A stretch of DNA of 64,000 nucleotides, taken from NCBI GenBank assembly GCA_963169345.1, contig CAUJCT010000047.1:47076-111075 (forward strand). Direction: 5' to 3'. Positions 1-8,952 of the stretch are shown piece after piece. Both the position numbers and the translations under genes were made by a program. Source of the DNA: Bacteroidota bacterium. GTDB taxonomy: Bacteria > Bacteroidota > Bacteroidia > NS11-12g > UBA955. The first letter of the stretch is position 1; every line of letters begins with the position of its first letter. The notes beneath the pieces are model-generated. The model was not told where the DNA came from, did no database searches, and saw only the letters and a list, made by a program, of their open reading frames with translations.

Positions 1-602
1 TTAAACCAGGTGAAATTGGCTTTTGTATTCTTGCATATAAAGTTGGGGTCATATAAATAATTCTGGCAATATTCACTTGTATCAGTATTGTCCCAAATTT
101 TAAAGCAAATGGTGTAAGTTATAGGAATTGTTGAATTGTATGCATGAGTGGGATTTAAATCATAAGAAATATTGCCATCACCAAAATCCCAGATAAATCC
201 AGTAGGACGGCCTTGTATAAAGCTTCTGAATTTTACAGCAGTAGGATTCAAAGTGTCTCTGTTTTCGATATAGAAGTATGAATACAGAGGGTTATTGGCA
301 TTACAACCAACAGCAACAGTAATAACAGCGGTATCAAAATTGACCCCATCACTGCAGTAATGTTTAACGATGTAGGAGCCATTTACGGTATAATCGTGAA
401 CTGCATGTTGAGTGCTGCTGTAGTTACCATCTCCAAAGTCCCAGGAAAATGAAGTTGGTGTATAAGTTCTTGTCCCTGCCGTATCTCTAAAGATATATTC
501 GCAATTCACGCCAGAAGTAGAATAAAAAACGATGCTGTTGTTTATTGCATATAGTGAAGCAAAACTGCTGATGAGCAGGAGGGTAAGTAATTTTGATTTC
601 AT
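1..602 (-). CDS. PKD-domain secreted protein, truncated at the window edge (start ATG at 600-602; continues past position 1)
   Basis: Manual translation of the minus strand from 602 gives MKSKLLTLLLISSFASLYAINNSIVFYSTSGVNCEYIF..., a signal peptide. Two WDFGDGN PKD-type motifs follow. The frame stays open to the window start. Confidence 0.55.
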   Translation of the reverse strand, partial: MKSKLLTLLLISSFASLYAINNSIVFYSTSGVNCEYIFRDTAGTRTYTPTSFSWDFGDGNYSSTQHAVHDYTVNGSYIVKHYCSDGVNFDTAVITVAVGCNANNPLYSYFYIENRDTLNPTAVKFRSFIQGRPTGFIWDFGDGNISYDLNPTHAYNSTIPITYTICFKIWDNTDTSEYCQNYLYDPNFICKNTKANFTWF

Positions 603-851
603 AGTTAATGAATTTATATATTTATTTTAATTAGACGTTAAATTTACCGAAAGAGTTGCAATTATTTGTTATTTATTTTGATTTTGTTTTATCAATCCAA
701 TTTTAATTTAAATTGCAATTTTTTGTTTGAAATGGTATTTTTCCTTGTAAGCTGTAAATTGAGATAACCTGTCAGGTCCCGAAATTTCTTTTTAAGAGTC
801 AAATATTCAGCGGGTTGCATCGTTTAATTGCAACCTGACAGGTTCAATTTT

Positions 852-1628
852 TTAAAACCCTTTAAACTCAGCCTTTCGTTTCTCAACAAACGCTGCCATG
901 CCTTCTTTCTGATCTTCTGATGCAAACAACATATAAAAGTTCTTGCGCTCAAAATACAGTGCTTCCTGCAATGGCATTTCATAAGCTCTCAACACGCTTT
1001 CTTTGGCTAACTGAACTGCAATCGGTGACTTTTCCGCAATTAATGTCGCCATCTTGATAGCTTCACTCAAATAGAATTCTACAGGCACAACTTTATTGGC
1101 TAAGCCGTAAAAATGGGCTTGCTGAGCAGATATGAAGGTGCCCGTCAGAACCAACTCCATGGCCTTGTTTTTGCCAACAATTCTGGTTAGTCTCTGCGTA
1201 CCTCCTGCTCCTGGCATAATGCCTATATTGATTTCTGGCTGACCAAACTGTGCTGTTTCACTGGCAATAATTATATCGCAAATCATAGCGAGCTCACAAC
1301 CGCCACCCAATGCAAAACCGCTTACCGCCGCAATCATTGGCTTTTTAGTTTTGCGTATGCTGTCCCAGGTCGAAAACTGATCTATCTTCAGCATATCCAT
1401 TGCCGTTCTTCCGGCCATTTGCTTGATATCAGCACCAGCAGCAAAGGCTCTTTCGTTTCCGCTGACAACTATGGCTCTTACATTTGGGTCGGCATCCAAC
1501 TGTATCAAAGCTTCCTTGATTTCCAGCATGGTTTCAAGGTTAAGCGCATTTAATTCTTTCGGTCTGTTCAACTGAACGTGGGCCACATAAGGCGCCACTT
1601 GTGGATTTACAATAATAAACTCAGGCAT
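852..1628 (-). CDS. enoyl-CoA hydratase/isomerase (crotonase family)
   Basis: 258 aa. Crotonase fold motifs: AFAAGADI, IAAVSGFALGGGCELAMICD, and the oxyanion-hole region. Confidence 0.85.
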   Translation of the reverse strand: MPEFIIVNPQVAPYVAHVQLNRPKELNALNLETMLEIKEALIQLDADPNVRAIVVSGNERAFAAGADIKQMAGRTAMDMLKIDQFSTWDSIRKTKKPMIAAVSGFALGGGCELAMICDIIIASETAQFGQPEINIGIMPGAGGTQRLTRIVGKNKAMELVLTGTFISAQQAHFYGLANKVVPVEFYLSEAIKMATLIAEKSPIAVQLAKESVLRAYEMPLQEALYFERKNFYMLFASEDQKEGMAAFVEKRKAEFKGF

Positions 1629-1652
1629 CTCTTCTTAAACGTAAATTGATTT

Positions 1653-2231
1653 TTAGTATCCATATTCGTTCTTTCTCTCGAAACGAATTGGTATCAAAAT
1701 GGTACTTGGAACATCTTTCCCATTCTTTTTTGCAGGTATAAATCTCAGCGACAATTGCTCAATAGCTGATTTGGCATTTTCATCAAAAGAACCTCCTGAT
1801 GAATACACAACTTTAGGGTTGTAAAGCAATGAATCTACACCAACAGTGACTTCAATGATGACAAATTTGGCACCCACACCATACATATAGGGTGTACGCA
1901 AATAGGTTTGAATTTCTTCATTCATGGCGATAATACCTGATTTATATCTGGCTGGTTTGTCAGGATTGTTCACCAGAGACGAACTCAGGTTTTTGTACAT
2001 AAACCTGTTGTAATAAATTGCTGGTGGAATGGCCTCTTCTGCAGGAGCTGCAACAGCATAATCATAGTTATCGTAATGTTCTTCATCTATCATGACCGGC
2101 GCTTCCTCAATGTCAGGAAATGCCTCAGCCGAATCCGCTTCCATACTTTTAAGCGTATCCTGTTCTATCTGAGCAATTGCTGTATATGTCGCACAAAAAG
2201 CGATTGCGAGTAGATAAGTTTTGATGTTCAT
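1653..2231 (-). CDS. secreted protein with a TonB C-terminal-like domain
   Basis: Signal peptide, acidic linker, and a C-terminal segment (YGVGAKFVIIEVTVGVDSLLYNPKVVYSSGGSFDENAKSAIEQLSLRFIPAKKNGKDV) that matches the TonB-C pattern. Overlaps the histidine kinase stop by 4 nt. Confidence 0.5.
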   Translation of the reverse strand: MNIKTYLLAIAFCATYTAIAQIEQDTLKSMEADSAEAFPDIEEAPVMIDEEHYDNYDYAVAAPAEEAIPPAIYYNRFMYKNLSSSLVNNPDKPARYKSGIIAMNEEIQTYLRTPYMYGVGAKFVIIEVTVGVDSLLYNPKVVYSSGGSFDENAKSAIEQLSLRFIPAKKNGKDVPSTILIPIRFERKNEYGY

Positions 2232-3400
2232 GCTTGTCTTAATGTTATTCTGAAAGTTGTCTTTTTATTCGGAATACTTTCACGTACAAAAATATGACCC
2301 TTGTGGTAATTTTCTATAATTCTTTTGACTAAAGATAATCCCAAACCCCAACCTCTTTTCTTGGTTGTGAAGCCAGGCTTGAAAACCCGCTTAAACAAAG
2401 CTTTAGGCATGCCTTTGCCGGTGTCGCTGATGTCTATTACAATGGTATTGCCTTTGAGTCGACAAGATATGGTGATGGTGCCTTTGCCTTCCATGGCGTC
2501 AATGGCATTTTTGCAAATATTTTCTACGACCCATTCAAACAGCGGAACATTGATATTGGCAAATAAATTGACAGGCATTTCTTCAATAATATAAACCACT
2601 TCCTCGGCACTGCGATTCCTGATATACCCTATTGCCTGTCTTAGTTCAGCAGATATATCCACTTTGGAAAGAACCGGGGTGGATCCAATTTTTGAAAAAC
2701 GTTCGGTAATGACCTTTAATCTGTCCAGATCTTTCCTCATTTCTCCGAGTGAATCAGCATTGGCAAAACTCCGGTCTGTTTCTATCAAATCAACCCAGGC
2801 CATTAAAGAACTCATCGGTGTTCCCAATTGATGCGCTGTTTCTTTTGCTAAACCTACCCAAACCTGATTTTGTTCCGAACGACGGCTGTAACTGAAGGCA
2901 AAATAACTCACCAATACAAATAAACTGACGATTCCTAACTGAATGAAAGGATACACTTTCAGTTGTTTTAAAGTTGATGACTCATCATAATATACATACT
3001 GACTGTAATCTTCAGTGATTTTTATTTCTATTGGCTGGGTTTCAGTTTTAAGTTCAAGATAATAGGCATCCAGTCTTTTTTTAGAGCGAATCAAACTCGA
3101 ATCAATATTGCGATAAGTTAAATAGCCTGTTTCGTCGGCAAGAAAAACAGGAATAGTAGAATTGGATTCGACAATTTTTGCATAAAATGAGATATCCTGC
3201 TCAGGTTCAGATTTTGCAATGAGCTCCTGAGCTTCGGCCCACTGACTGATTTTCTTGCGTTCTTCCAGAGAAAGTTTCACCACCATTTTATTGGAATAGT
3301 ACAGGGAAAACAAACCTATAGCCAATGCCAGCAAGAGCAGGGCAAACTTCAAATACTGTTTGGTGCTGTAGTTATTCAAATTTAAATGTAGCTTTCTCAT
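2228..3400 (-). CDS. sensor histidine kinase (membrane-anchored, HisKA + HATPase_c)
   Basis: N-terminal TM segment. H-box at HQLGTPMSSLMAWVDLI. The N, G1 and G2 boxes include DTGKGMP and GWGLGLSLVKRI. Confidence 0.8.
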   Translation of the reverse strand: MRKLHLNLNNYSTKQYLKFALLLLALAIGLFSLYYSNKMVVKLSLEERKKISQWAEAQELIAKSEPEQDISFYAKIVESNSTIPVFLADETGYLTYRNIDSSLIRSKKRLDAYYLELKTETQPIEIKITEDYSQYVYYDESSTLKQLKVYPFIQLGIVSLFVLVSYFAFSYSRRSEQNQVWVGLAKETAHQLGTPMSSLMAWVDLIETDRSFANADSLGEMRKDLDRLKVITERFSKIGSTPVLSKVDISAELRQAIGYIRNRSAEEVVYIIEEMPVNLFANINVPLFEWVVENICKNAIDAMEGKGTITISCRLKGNTIVIDISDTGKGMPKALFKRVFKPGFTTKKRGWGLGLSLVKRIIENYHKGHIFVRESIPNKKTTFRITLRQA

Positions 3401-3478
3401 GTTGTCAACCTGAATGCGGCAGGTGGATGGTGTTCAAAAGTAAACATTTTAATTGAATTTCATTACCTTCGCCATCCA

Positions 3479-4222
3479 ATGCCTTCAGTATTTAAATTCG
3501 ATGACCCTTCGTTGGGGATTGATCTGTCATCTCCTTTAGACATCACGATTCCGATTCGGAAAACGGGCAATGTCAACTGTTATTATCTGGATGACCCAAA
3601 TTTTACATACTTAGAAAGTCCTGAATTCAGCGGTAATTTATCCAAAGGAGGAAGTGTCAATTGCGAAAAAATCAGTTTGTATCCTCATGCCAGCGGTACT
3701 CATACTGAATGCGCACTACACGTTGCTGCTGTTCAGTTTGATATGCGTCATGTGGTATTAAAACCTGTCATGCTGGCCTTTCTTGTTAGTATAATGCCTG
3801 TCGAAACAGAAGGGGATAAGGTCATCACACTTGACCAGTTGAAAGCAATACAAAGGCCATCAGATTGTGAGGCAATAATAGTAAGAACTATTCCTAATTC
3901 TGAAGAAAAATGTCATCACAATTACTCATCTACCAATCCTCCATATTTTGAACCGGCGGCATTAACTTTTCTGAGAGAAGCAGGTTTCAAACATCTATTA
4001 ACCGACTTGCCGAGTATTGACAGAGAAAGCGATGAAGGTCGTTTAGCTGCACATAAAAACTGGTTTTTGGAAAATGGTGTCGCTACACCTGAAAGGACTA
4101 TCACCGAGTTGATATTTGTGCCTGAAAAAATAAAAGATGGTTATTATGGATTGAGTATAATGGCGCCTTCTTTTGAAACAGATGCAGTGCCGTCCAGAAT
4201 TTTGTTGTACCCATGCGTTTAA
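3479..4222 (+). CDS. putative cyclase / arylformamidase family protein
   Basis: HASGTHTECALH resembles the HxGTHxDxPxH metal-binding motif of cyclase-family proteins. Confidence 0.45.
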   Translation: MPSVFKFDDPSLGIDLSSPLDITIPIRKTGNVNCYYLDDPNFTYLESPEFSGNLSKGGSVNCEKISLYPHASGTHTECALHVAAVQFDMRHVVLKPVMLAFLVSIMPVETEGDKVITLDQLKAIQRPSDCEAIIVRTIPNSEEKCHHNYSSTNPPYFEPAALTFLREAGFKHLLTDLPSIDRESDEGRLAAHKNWFLENGVATPERTITELIFVPEKIKDGYYGLSIMAPSFETDAVPSRILLYPCV

Positions 4223-5241
4223 GATGGCCCGGCAATGAGCAATTTCTTTTCTTCGCCAATGTGCTGGTGGATAAATTGCTTTATCGAAAAACTCAATTCA
4301 ATCATGTAAAGGAAATTCTGGTTATAAAATGGGATGAAATTGGTGATATGGCGGTTTCTGCTCATGTATTTGAATCTCTTAAAAAGTCATTTCCCGATGC
4401 GAAAATTCACCTTATCTGCAAACCTTTCGTTAAAAGTCTGGTTGAATACGACCCCAATATTGATTTTATCGCCACCACTTTAGATGCATATAACGCTAAG
4501 TTTGATATTGTGGTAGAACTCAGAGGGACATGGAAAACCTTGTTGAAGACATTTAAATACTGGCCGGTTAACAGGGTTTCGAGAGCTACAGTAAGATGGA
4601 AAAACAAAAGCAATCAGCAACACGAAATAGTCACCAATCAAATAGTCTTGCAGCCTTTATTAGGCCAAATGGACAAAACTGTCAGGCCACGGTTATATTT
4701 TAGTCATGTAGATGTCAAAAAAGTAGAAGATTTTCTCTCGGTAAATGAGATTCAGAAATTCGCTATTGTGCATGCAGGTGCAAGAAAAAAATTGAGGCAA
4801 TGGCCATTAGACAGATTTGCTTTGGCTATTCAATTCCTCAAAAGAAAATATAATTTGGATATCGTTTTTGCAGGTACCGAAGAAGACGAAGCGGATATAA
4901 ATGTGATTGCAGAAAAGGTCGATTTTAAGACATATAAATTTACAAGAGGGTTTAGTTTAAGTCAGTTCAGTGCCTTATGTTCCAAGGCTTCCTTTTATCT
5001 GGGAAATGAAAGTGGCCCTCTTCAAATTGCAGCTACTTTTGAGATACCTCTGGTAGGCTTGTTTGGTCCGGGAGTTAAAGATGTTTTTTACCCATTAAAT
5101 ACTAATGCCAGAGTATTACATTATATTTTAGATTGCAATCCCTGCGACCAGGTGCATTGTGTCAGACCAGAGCAACCGTGTATTCAGTTGATTCAGGTAA
5201 ATGAAGTTGAACAAGCTATTGACAGTTTATTGAAAAACTAG
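4213..5241 (+). CDS. glycosyltransferase family 9 (heptosyltransferase-like)
   Basis: The N-terminal ILVIKWDEIGDMAVSAHVFESLKKSFPDAKIHLIC and the C-terminal GNESGPLQIAATFEIPLVGLFGP are typical of GT9. Overlaps the previous gene by 10 nt. Confidence 0.6.
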   Translation: MRLRWPGNEQFLFFANVLVDKLLYRKTQFNHVKEILVIKWDEIGDMAVSAHVFESLKKSFPDAKIHLICKPFVKSLVEYDPNIDFIATTLDAYNAKFDIVVELRGTWKTLLKTFKYWPVNRVSRATVRWKNKSNQQHEIVTNQIVLQPLLGQMDKTVRPRLYFSHVDVKKVEDFLSVNEIQKFAIVHAGARKKLRQWPLDRFALAIQFLKRKYNLDIVFAGTEEDEADINVIAEKVDFKTYKFTRGFSLSQFSALCSKASFYLGNESGPLQIAATFEIPLVGLFGPGVKDVFYPLNTNARVLHYILDCNPCDQVHCVRPEQPCIQLIQVNEVEQAIDSLLKN

Positions 5242-5247
5242 TCTTAA

Positions 5248-8016
5248 GTGTTTGATATTTCTTTTTTTTATTTTAACTTCGTTAATATTTTCCCACCTAT
5301 GAAACTTAAAATTACCCTTTTTTCTCTCTTTTTGTCAGCATTAATTCCTTTACAAGCTCAGGTTCAAACGCCTAATATCAGTATTAAGGACAATATGCAG
5401 AAGTTACAGGTGACAGACCGCAGTCATACCAAACGCAGTTCTCAGAATCCAACATCCTGTTCAAGTGATACTGTACAGTATCCGTATTATAAATCTACAG
5501 CACTGGTAACTATTTCTGTAAGCAGAGGCCGTTCTCTCGGTCAGTTGTATAATTGTCCGAAACCATTGGTGTTAAGCGGATTTACGTTTTATGCTTTTGT
5601 AATTGGGAATCCACCAACTGCAAAAAAGATGAATTTGATTTGTAATGTTTACAAAGCAGGCAGTGATTCTTTACCTACAGGAAGTCCCCTGAGAAGTGAT
5701 ACGATTACCATAGATTCAACTTTGGGAGGCGGTGTTCTTACAAAGATAGAAAAGCGAGCCATGTGGGCACCAATTACCATAGATAGTGCATACATTTTAA
5801 CAATAGAAACCGATAGTGCTACCATGACAGCTGCGGTTGTAACCAATAGTTACAGCAATGGCGATGGTGACAGAGAAAATCTTAACAGCGGATCCATCAG
5901 TGGTTTGTGGTACAATGGCCGTAATTTAAATGTGAATGGAACTCCTTTTGATTGTGATATTCTGATGCATCCCTGGGTGGAGTATAAATTTGGAACTGAT
6001 TTCTCAATAAAAAATCAATGCTATAACATTAACGATACAGTTAAGTTTACCAATTTTGCGCCACAGAATATGGCGGGCAGTAAAATGTATAACCGATATT
6101 TAATTTATAATCTTGGTTACATTTGTCATTTGTGGGATTATGATGATGGTATGGGTTGGCAATATATTGTCGATGGAAAAGTTAAATACCAGACTAAACA
6201 GAATGCCAATGTCATGCTAGTCTCCACCGTATACGGGTACCGCGGTAATATGTCTTTTGGCTGCGATGATACTGCCTATAAACAGTTGTATTTTAAACCG
6301 GATATGCCTTCCATCATTGGAAAAACCAATGTGTGTATTGGAGATTCGGCCATAATATCGGCTGTTACAAACGACCCCGGTGTAACATTTGAATGGTTAA
6401 AAAGACCCAATAGTCCAACGCCATTTTTTACCGGAACCACCTACATCAAATATCCTGTAACAAACAATGATACTTTTTATATCAGAGCGGTTAATAACAA
6501 TTGCATCAGTCCGCTCAGAACAGTAATAATTAAAGCGAATGCTTATCCAACAAATTTAAATGTGGTAAATGATTCGGTTTGTTCGGGTTCAAAAGCAACT
6601 TTAAAAGCCAGCAGCAGCATTGGTACCTTAACATGGTATACCAATCCATTGGGTGGTTTGCCATTTTATTCAGGTCCAAATTATCAAACAGGAGTTTTAA
6701 CCAAAGACACATTTTTCTTTGTTGAAGCCAGCAATATTGGTTGTGTTTTAACGCCACGTATGAAAGTACAGGCCTTAGTTGGCGCAAATTTCGCACCTGT
6801 TTCTCCAGTAGTTTCACCAGATACTACCGTTTGTCTCGGAGCGGGTAACCCGGTTGTGCTAAAAGCAACGGCAGGAGTTGGATTAACAATCAGATGGTTC
6901 AACTCAGCAGGTACTTTCCTGTCCACCGGACCGTCTTATACATTTGTGCCTTCAAAAAGAGAAGTTAAAACTTTTTATGCAGATGCCTATAATGGCGTAT
7001 GTGGAAGTACAAAAGAGCCTGTTAACATCACAATAGAAAGACATCCTGATATCAGTTCTATAAACATGGATACAGTCTGTAAGGGTGGAACCATCTACCT
7101 TTCATGTGAAGTGCCTTATGGAAATGTTGAATGGTATGATGCAGCAACCGGTGGAAATTTGCTATCTTCTGATGTCTTCCTCAATGATGTGCCAAGTGTA
7201 TCTACTTTATATTACATTCAAACCAGCAGCGATGTTTGTGTAAGTCCGACACGCGAAATGGCTTTGGCAACTGTTAATGATTATCCTAAATTCACAAAAC
7301 TATGGGGTGATACTATTTGCTCTAAAAACAGTGCAAGACTCAGAGCTGTAACAAATGGTCCGGGCACAATTAAATGGTTTGAATTCGACACTTCTACAGT
7401 GGAGTTGGCAACAGGCAACAGCTATATAACTCAGGTCCTGGGAGGAAATAAAAGTTATTATGCCCGAACCGAGTATGCAGGATGTATTGGACCAATGACC
7501 TTAGTTCAACCTTTGGTTAAAAATTCGCCATTCAGTGGTTTTATATTCGATGTATTGACCTGGCAGCAGGTACGAGTGACACCAATAAATTCAACAGGGT
7601 CTTCAGTGTTCTGGAACTTTGGGGATGGATTCACTTCAACCAAATATTCTGTAACACACAGATATGATAATATTGGACAGTACGATATTAAACTTGTTCT
7701 CACCAGTCTGAGTAACGGATGTAAAGATTCGACAACTGTGAATGTAGATATCACCGAAAGCAGTGTTAACCGCTTTGCTAATTTACCGGTTTTGACGCTT
7801 TACCCAAATCCAAACGCAGGTCAGATGTCTTTAAGTTCGAATAAACTGGAAGGCATGTGTAAAATTGATATCTATGATATCAGAGGTGTTTTAGTCAACA
7901 GCTTAAATGTTGCAGCCGTAGATGGAAAAGTGTCAGTCGATTTGAGTAACTTGGGTACTGGCGTGTACACCATAGTGCTCAACGGATATCAACCTGTTAT
8001 GTTCGTGAAGGAATGA
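5248..8016 (+). CDS. T9SS type-A C-terminal sorting domain protein with Ig-like repeats and a PKD domain (likely true start M at 5299)
   Basis: Signal peptide MKLKITLFSLFLSALIPLQAQ. Repeated beta-sandwich segments. A PKD motif (WNFGDGFTST...YDNIGQYDIKLV). C-terminal Por-secretion tail (LYPNPNAGQMSL...IDIYDIRGVLV...GVYTIVL). Confidence 0.75.
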   Translation: MFDISFFYFNFVNIFPPMKLKITLFSLFLSALIPLQAQVQTPNISIKDNMQKLQVTDRSHTKRSSQNPTSCSSDTVQYPYYKSTALVTISVSRGRSLGQLYNCPKPLVLSGFTFYAFVIGNPPTAKKMNLICNVYKAGSDSLPTGSPLRSDTITIDSTLGGGVLTKIEKRAMWAPITIDSAYILTIETDSATMTAAVVTNSYSNGDGDRENLNSGSISGLWYNGRNLNVNGTPFDCDILMHPWVEYKFGTDFSIKNQCYNINDTVKFTNFAPQNMAGSKMYNRYLIYNLGYICHLWDYDDGMGWQYIVDGKVKYQTKQNANVMLVSTVYGYRGNMSFGCDDTAYKQLYFKPDMPSIIGKTNVCIGDSAIISAVTNDPGVTFEWLKRPNSPTPFFTGTTYIKYPVTNNDTFYIRAVNNNCISPLRTVIIKANAYPTNLNVVNDSVCSGSKATLKASSSIGTLTWYTNPLGGLPFYSGPNYQTGVLTKDTFFFVEASNIGCVLTPRMKVQALVGANFAPVSPVVSPDTTVCLGAGNPVVLKATAGVGLTIRWFNSAGTFLSTGPSYTFVPSKREVKTFYADAYNGVCGSTKEPVNITIERHPDISSINMDTVCKGGTIYLSCEVPYGNVEWYDAATGGNLLSSDVFLNDVPSVSTLYYIQTSSDVCVSPTREMALATVNDYPKFTKLWGDTICSKNSARLRAVTNGPGTIKWFEFDTSTVELATGNSYITQVLGGNKSYYARTEYAGCIGPMTLVQPLVKNSPFSGFIFDVLTWQQVRVTPINSTGSSVFWNFGDGFTSTKYSVTHRYDNIGQYDIKLVLTSLSNGCKDSTTVNVDITESSVNRFANLPVLTLYPNPNAGQMSLSSNKLEGMCKIDIYDIRGVLVNSLNVAAVDGKVSVDLSNLGTGVYTIVLNGYQPVMFVKE

Positions 8017-8561
8017 GGCTGCTGTTTCTGTTATTTATTTGTGTTTGCGCAACTTCATTGAATGCTCAGGTTGAGATTTACAGAGGAGAGAACGACACTG
8101 CCAACTATATAGCACCTAAGGATACCATTACTACTGCACCGAGATTCGAAAACGGAGATCTGGATTTTTATCGCTATTTGGAGACCCACATGAACATGAT
8201 GAACATTGGAACTTCAATAACCTATCAGGGCGCCAATTTTAAATTTTCGTTTTATGTTGAGAAGGATGGCGATATCAGCGATTTTCAGATGATTTCTTTT
8301 GGAGATGCCAATATTGCCCACGAACTAGAAAGGGTTATCGATATCATGCCTAAATGGACGCCGGGAGTATATGTAGGGAAGAAAAAAAAGACATTGATGA
8401 TATACGATGTTTTTATTCGGAAAGTGAACGATTTTAATTCAATAGAAGTAAGTCCGCGCGATACAAGTGTTCAATACACCCGTTCAACCAATCCATTGAA
8501 ATGGGCACTGGTAGTGACTTCTGTATTGGTGTTGTTGGGGTTCATTGTTGTGCGGAGTTAA
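8013..8561 (+). CDS. hypothetical secreted protein with C-terminal TM anchor
   Basis: Signal peptide and a C-terminal hydrophobic helix (WALVVTSVLVLLGFIVV). Overlaps the upstream stop (ATGA). Confidence 0.5.
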   Translation: MRLLFLLFICVCATSLNAQVEIYRGENDTANYIAPKDTITTAPRFENGDLDFYRYLETHMNMMNIGTSITYQGANFKFSFYVEKDGDISDFQMISFGDANIAHELERVIDIMPKWTPGVYVGKKKKTLMIYDVFIRKVNDFNSIEVSPRDTSVQYTRSTNPLKWALVVTSVLVLLGFIVVRS

Positions 8562-8652
8562 TAGTGTTTGCAAAGGGTTAGATAAACTAAGCTCGAAATT
8601 TCCTAAAGGATTTATTCAACCTGGCAGGTTGAATAGTGTGAAAAAGTAAAGT

Positions 8653-8684
8653 GTTAAGTCGTTAAGTTGTTAAGTCGTTAAGTC
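8653..8684. repeat. (GTTAAGTC)4 imperfect 8-mer microsatellite
   Basis: gttaagtc gttaagtt gttaagtc gttaagtc, read directly. Confidence 0.9.
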
Positions 8685-8730
8685 GTAGAGCTTTTCTATA
8701 TTATTTAAGTTTTCCCTAATAAATCTGTGA

Positions 8731-8946
8731 CTTCCGTTTGCGCAAGCAAACCACTGGCCGTGTCAAGGGCCTTTTATATTTCCGTGTGTTTTGTGTTTTC
8801 TTTCCTCGTTCTGCGTTCTACCTCACGTTGGCATCTGCGAATTCCGTTTGCGCCAGCAAACCCCTGCCGTGTCAATCCCGTAGGTACGGGACAATTTCTG
8901 CGTTCTCTGCGTGTTCTGTCTCAGTTCTGTGTTCTAAATGACGAAG
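8731..8946 (+). repeat. two tandem ~106-bp units of the TTCCGTTTGCGCAAGCAAACC..TGCCGTGTCAA intergenic repeat family (8731-8836 and 8841-8946)
   Basis: Direct alignment to the copies at 35814-35920, 42984-43080 and 43135-43245. The second unit carries the TCCCGTA-GG-TACGGGA hairpin. Confidence 0.85.
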
Positions 8947-8952
8947 TTCCCC

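Noticed and set aside
832-845. AACCTGACAGGTT + T6 hairpin as terminator of the enoyl-CoA hydratase gene
   Set aside because: The T-run follows the stem on the plus strand, but the upstream gene is on the minus strand, where an A-run precedes the stem. It is therefore not a canonical intrinsic terminator for that gene. Kept only as an instance of the palindrome family.
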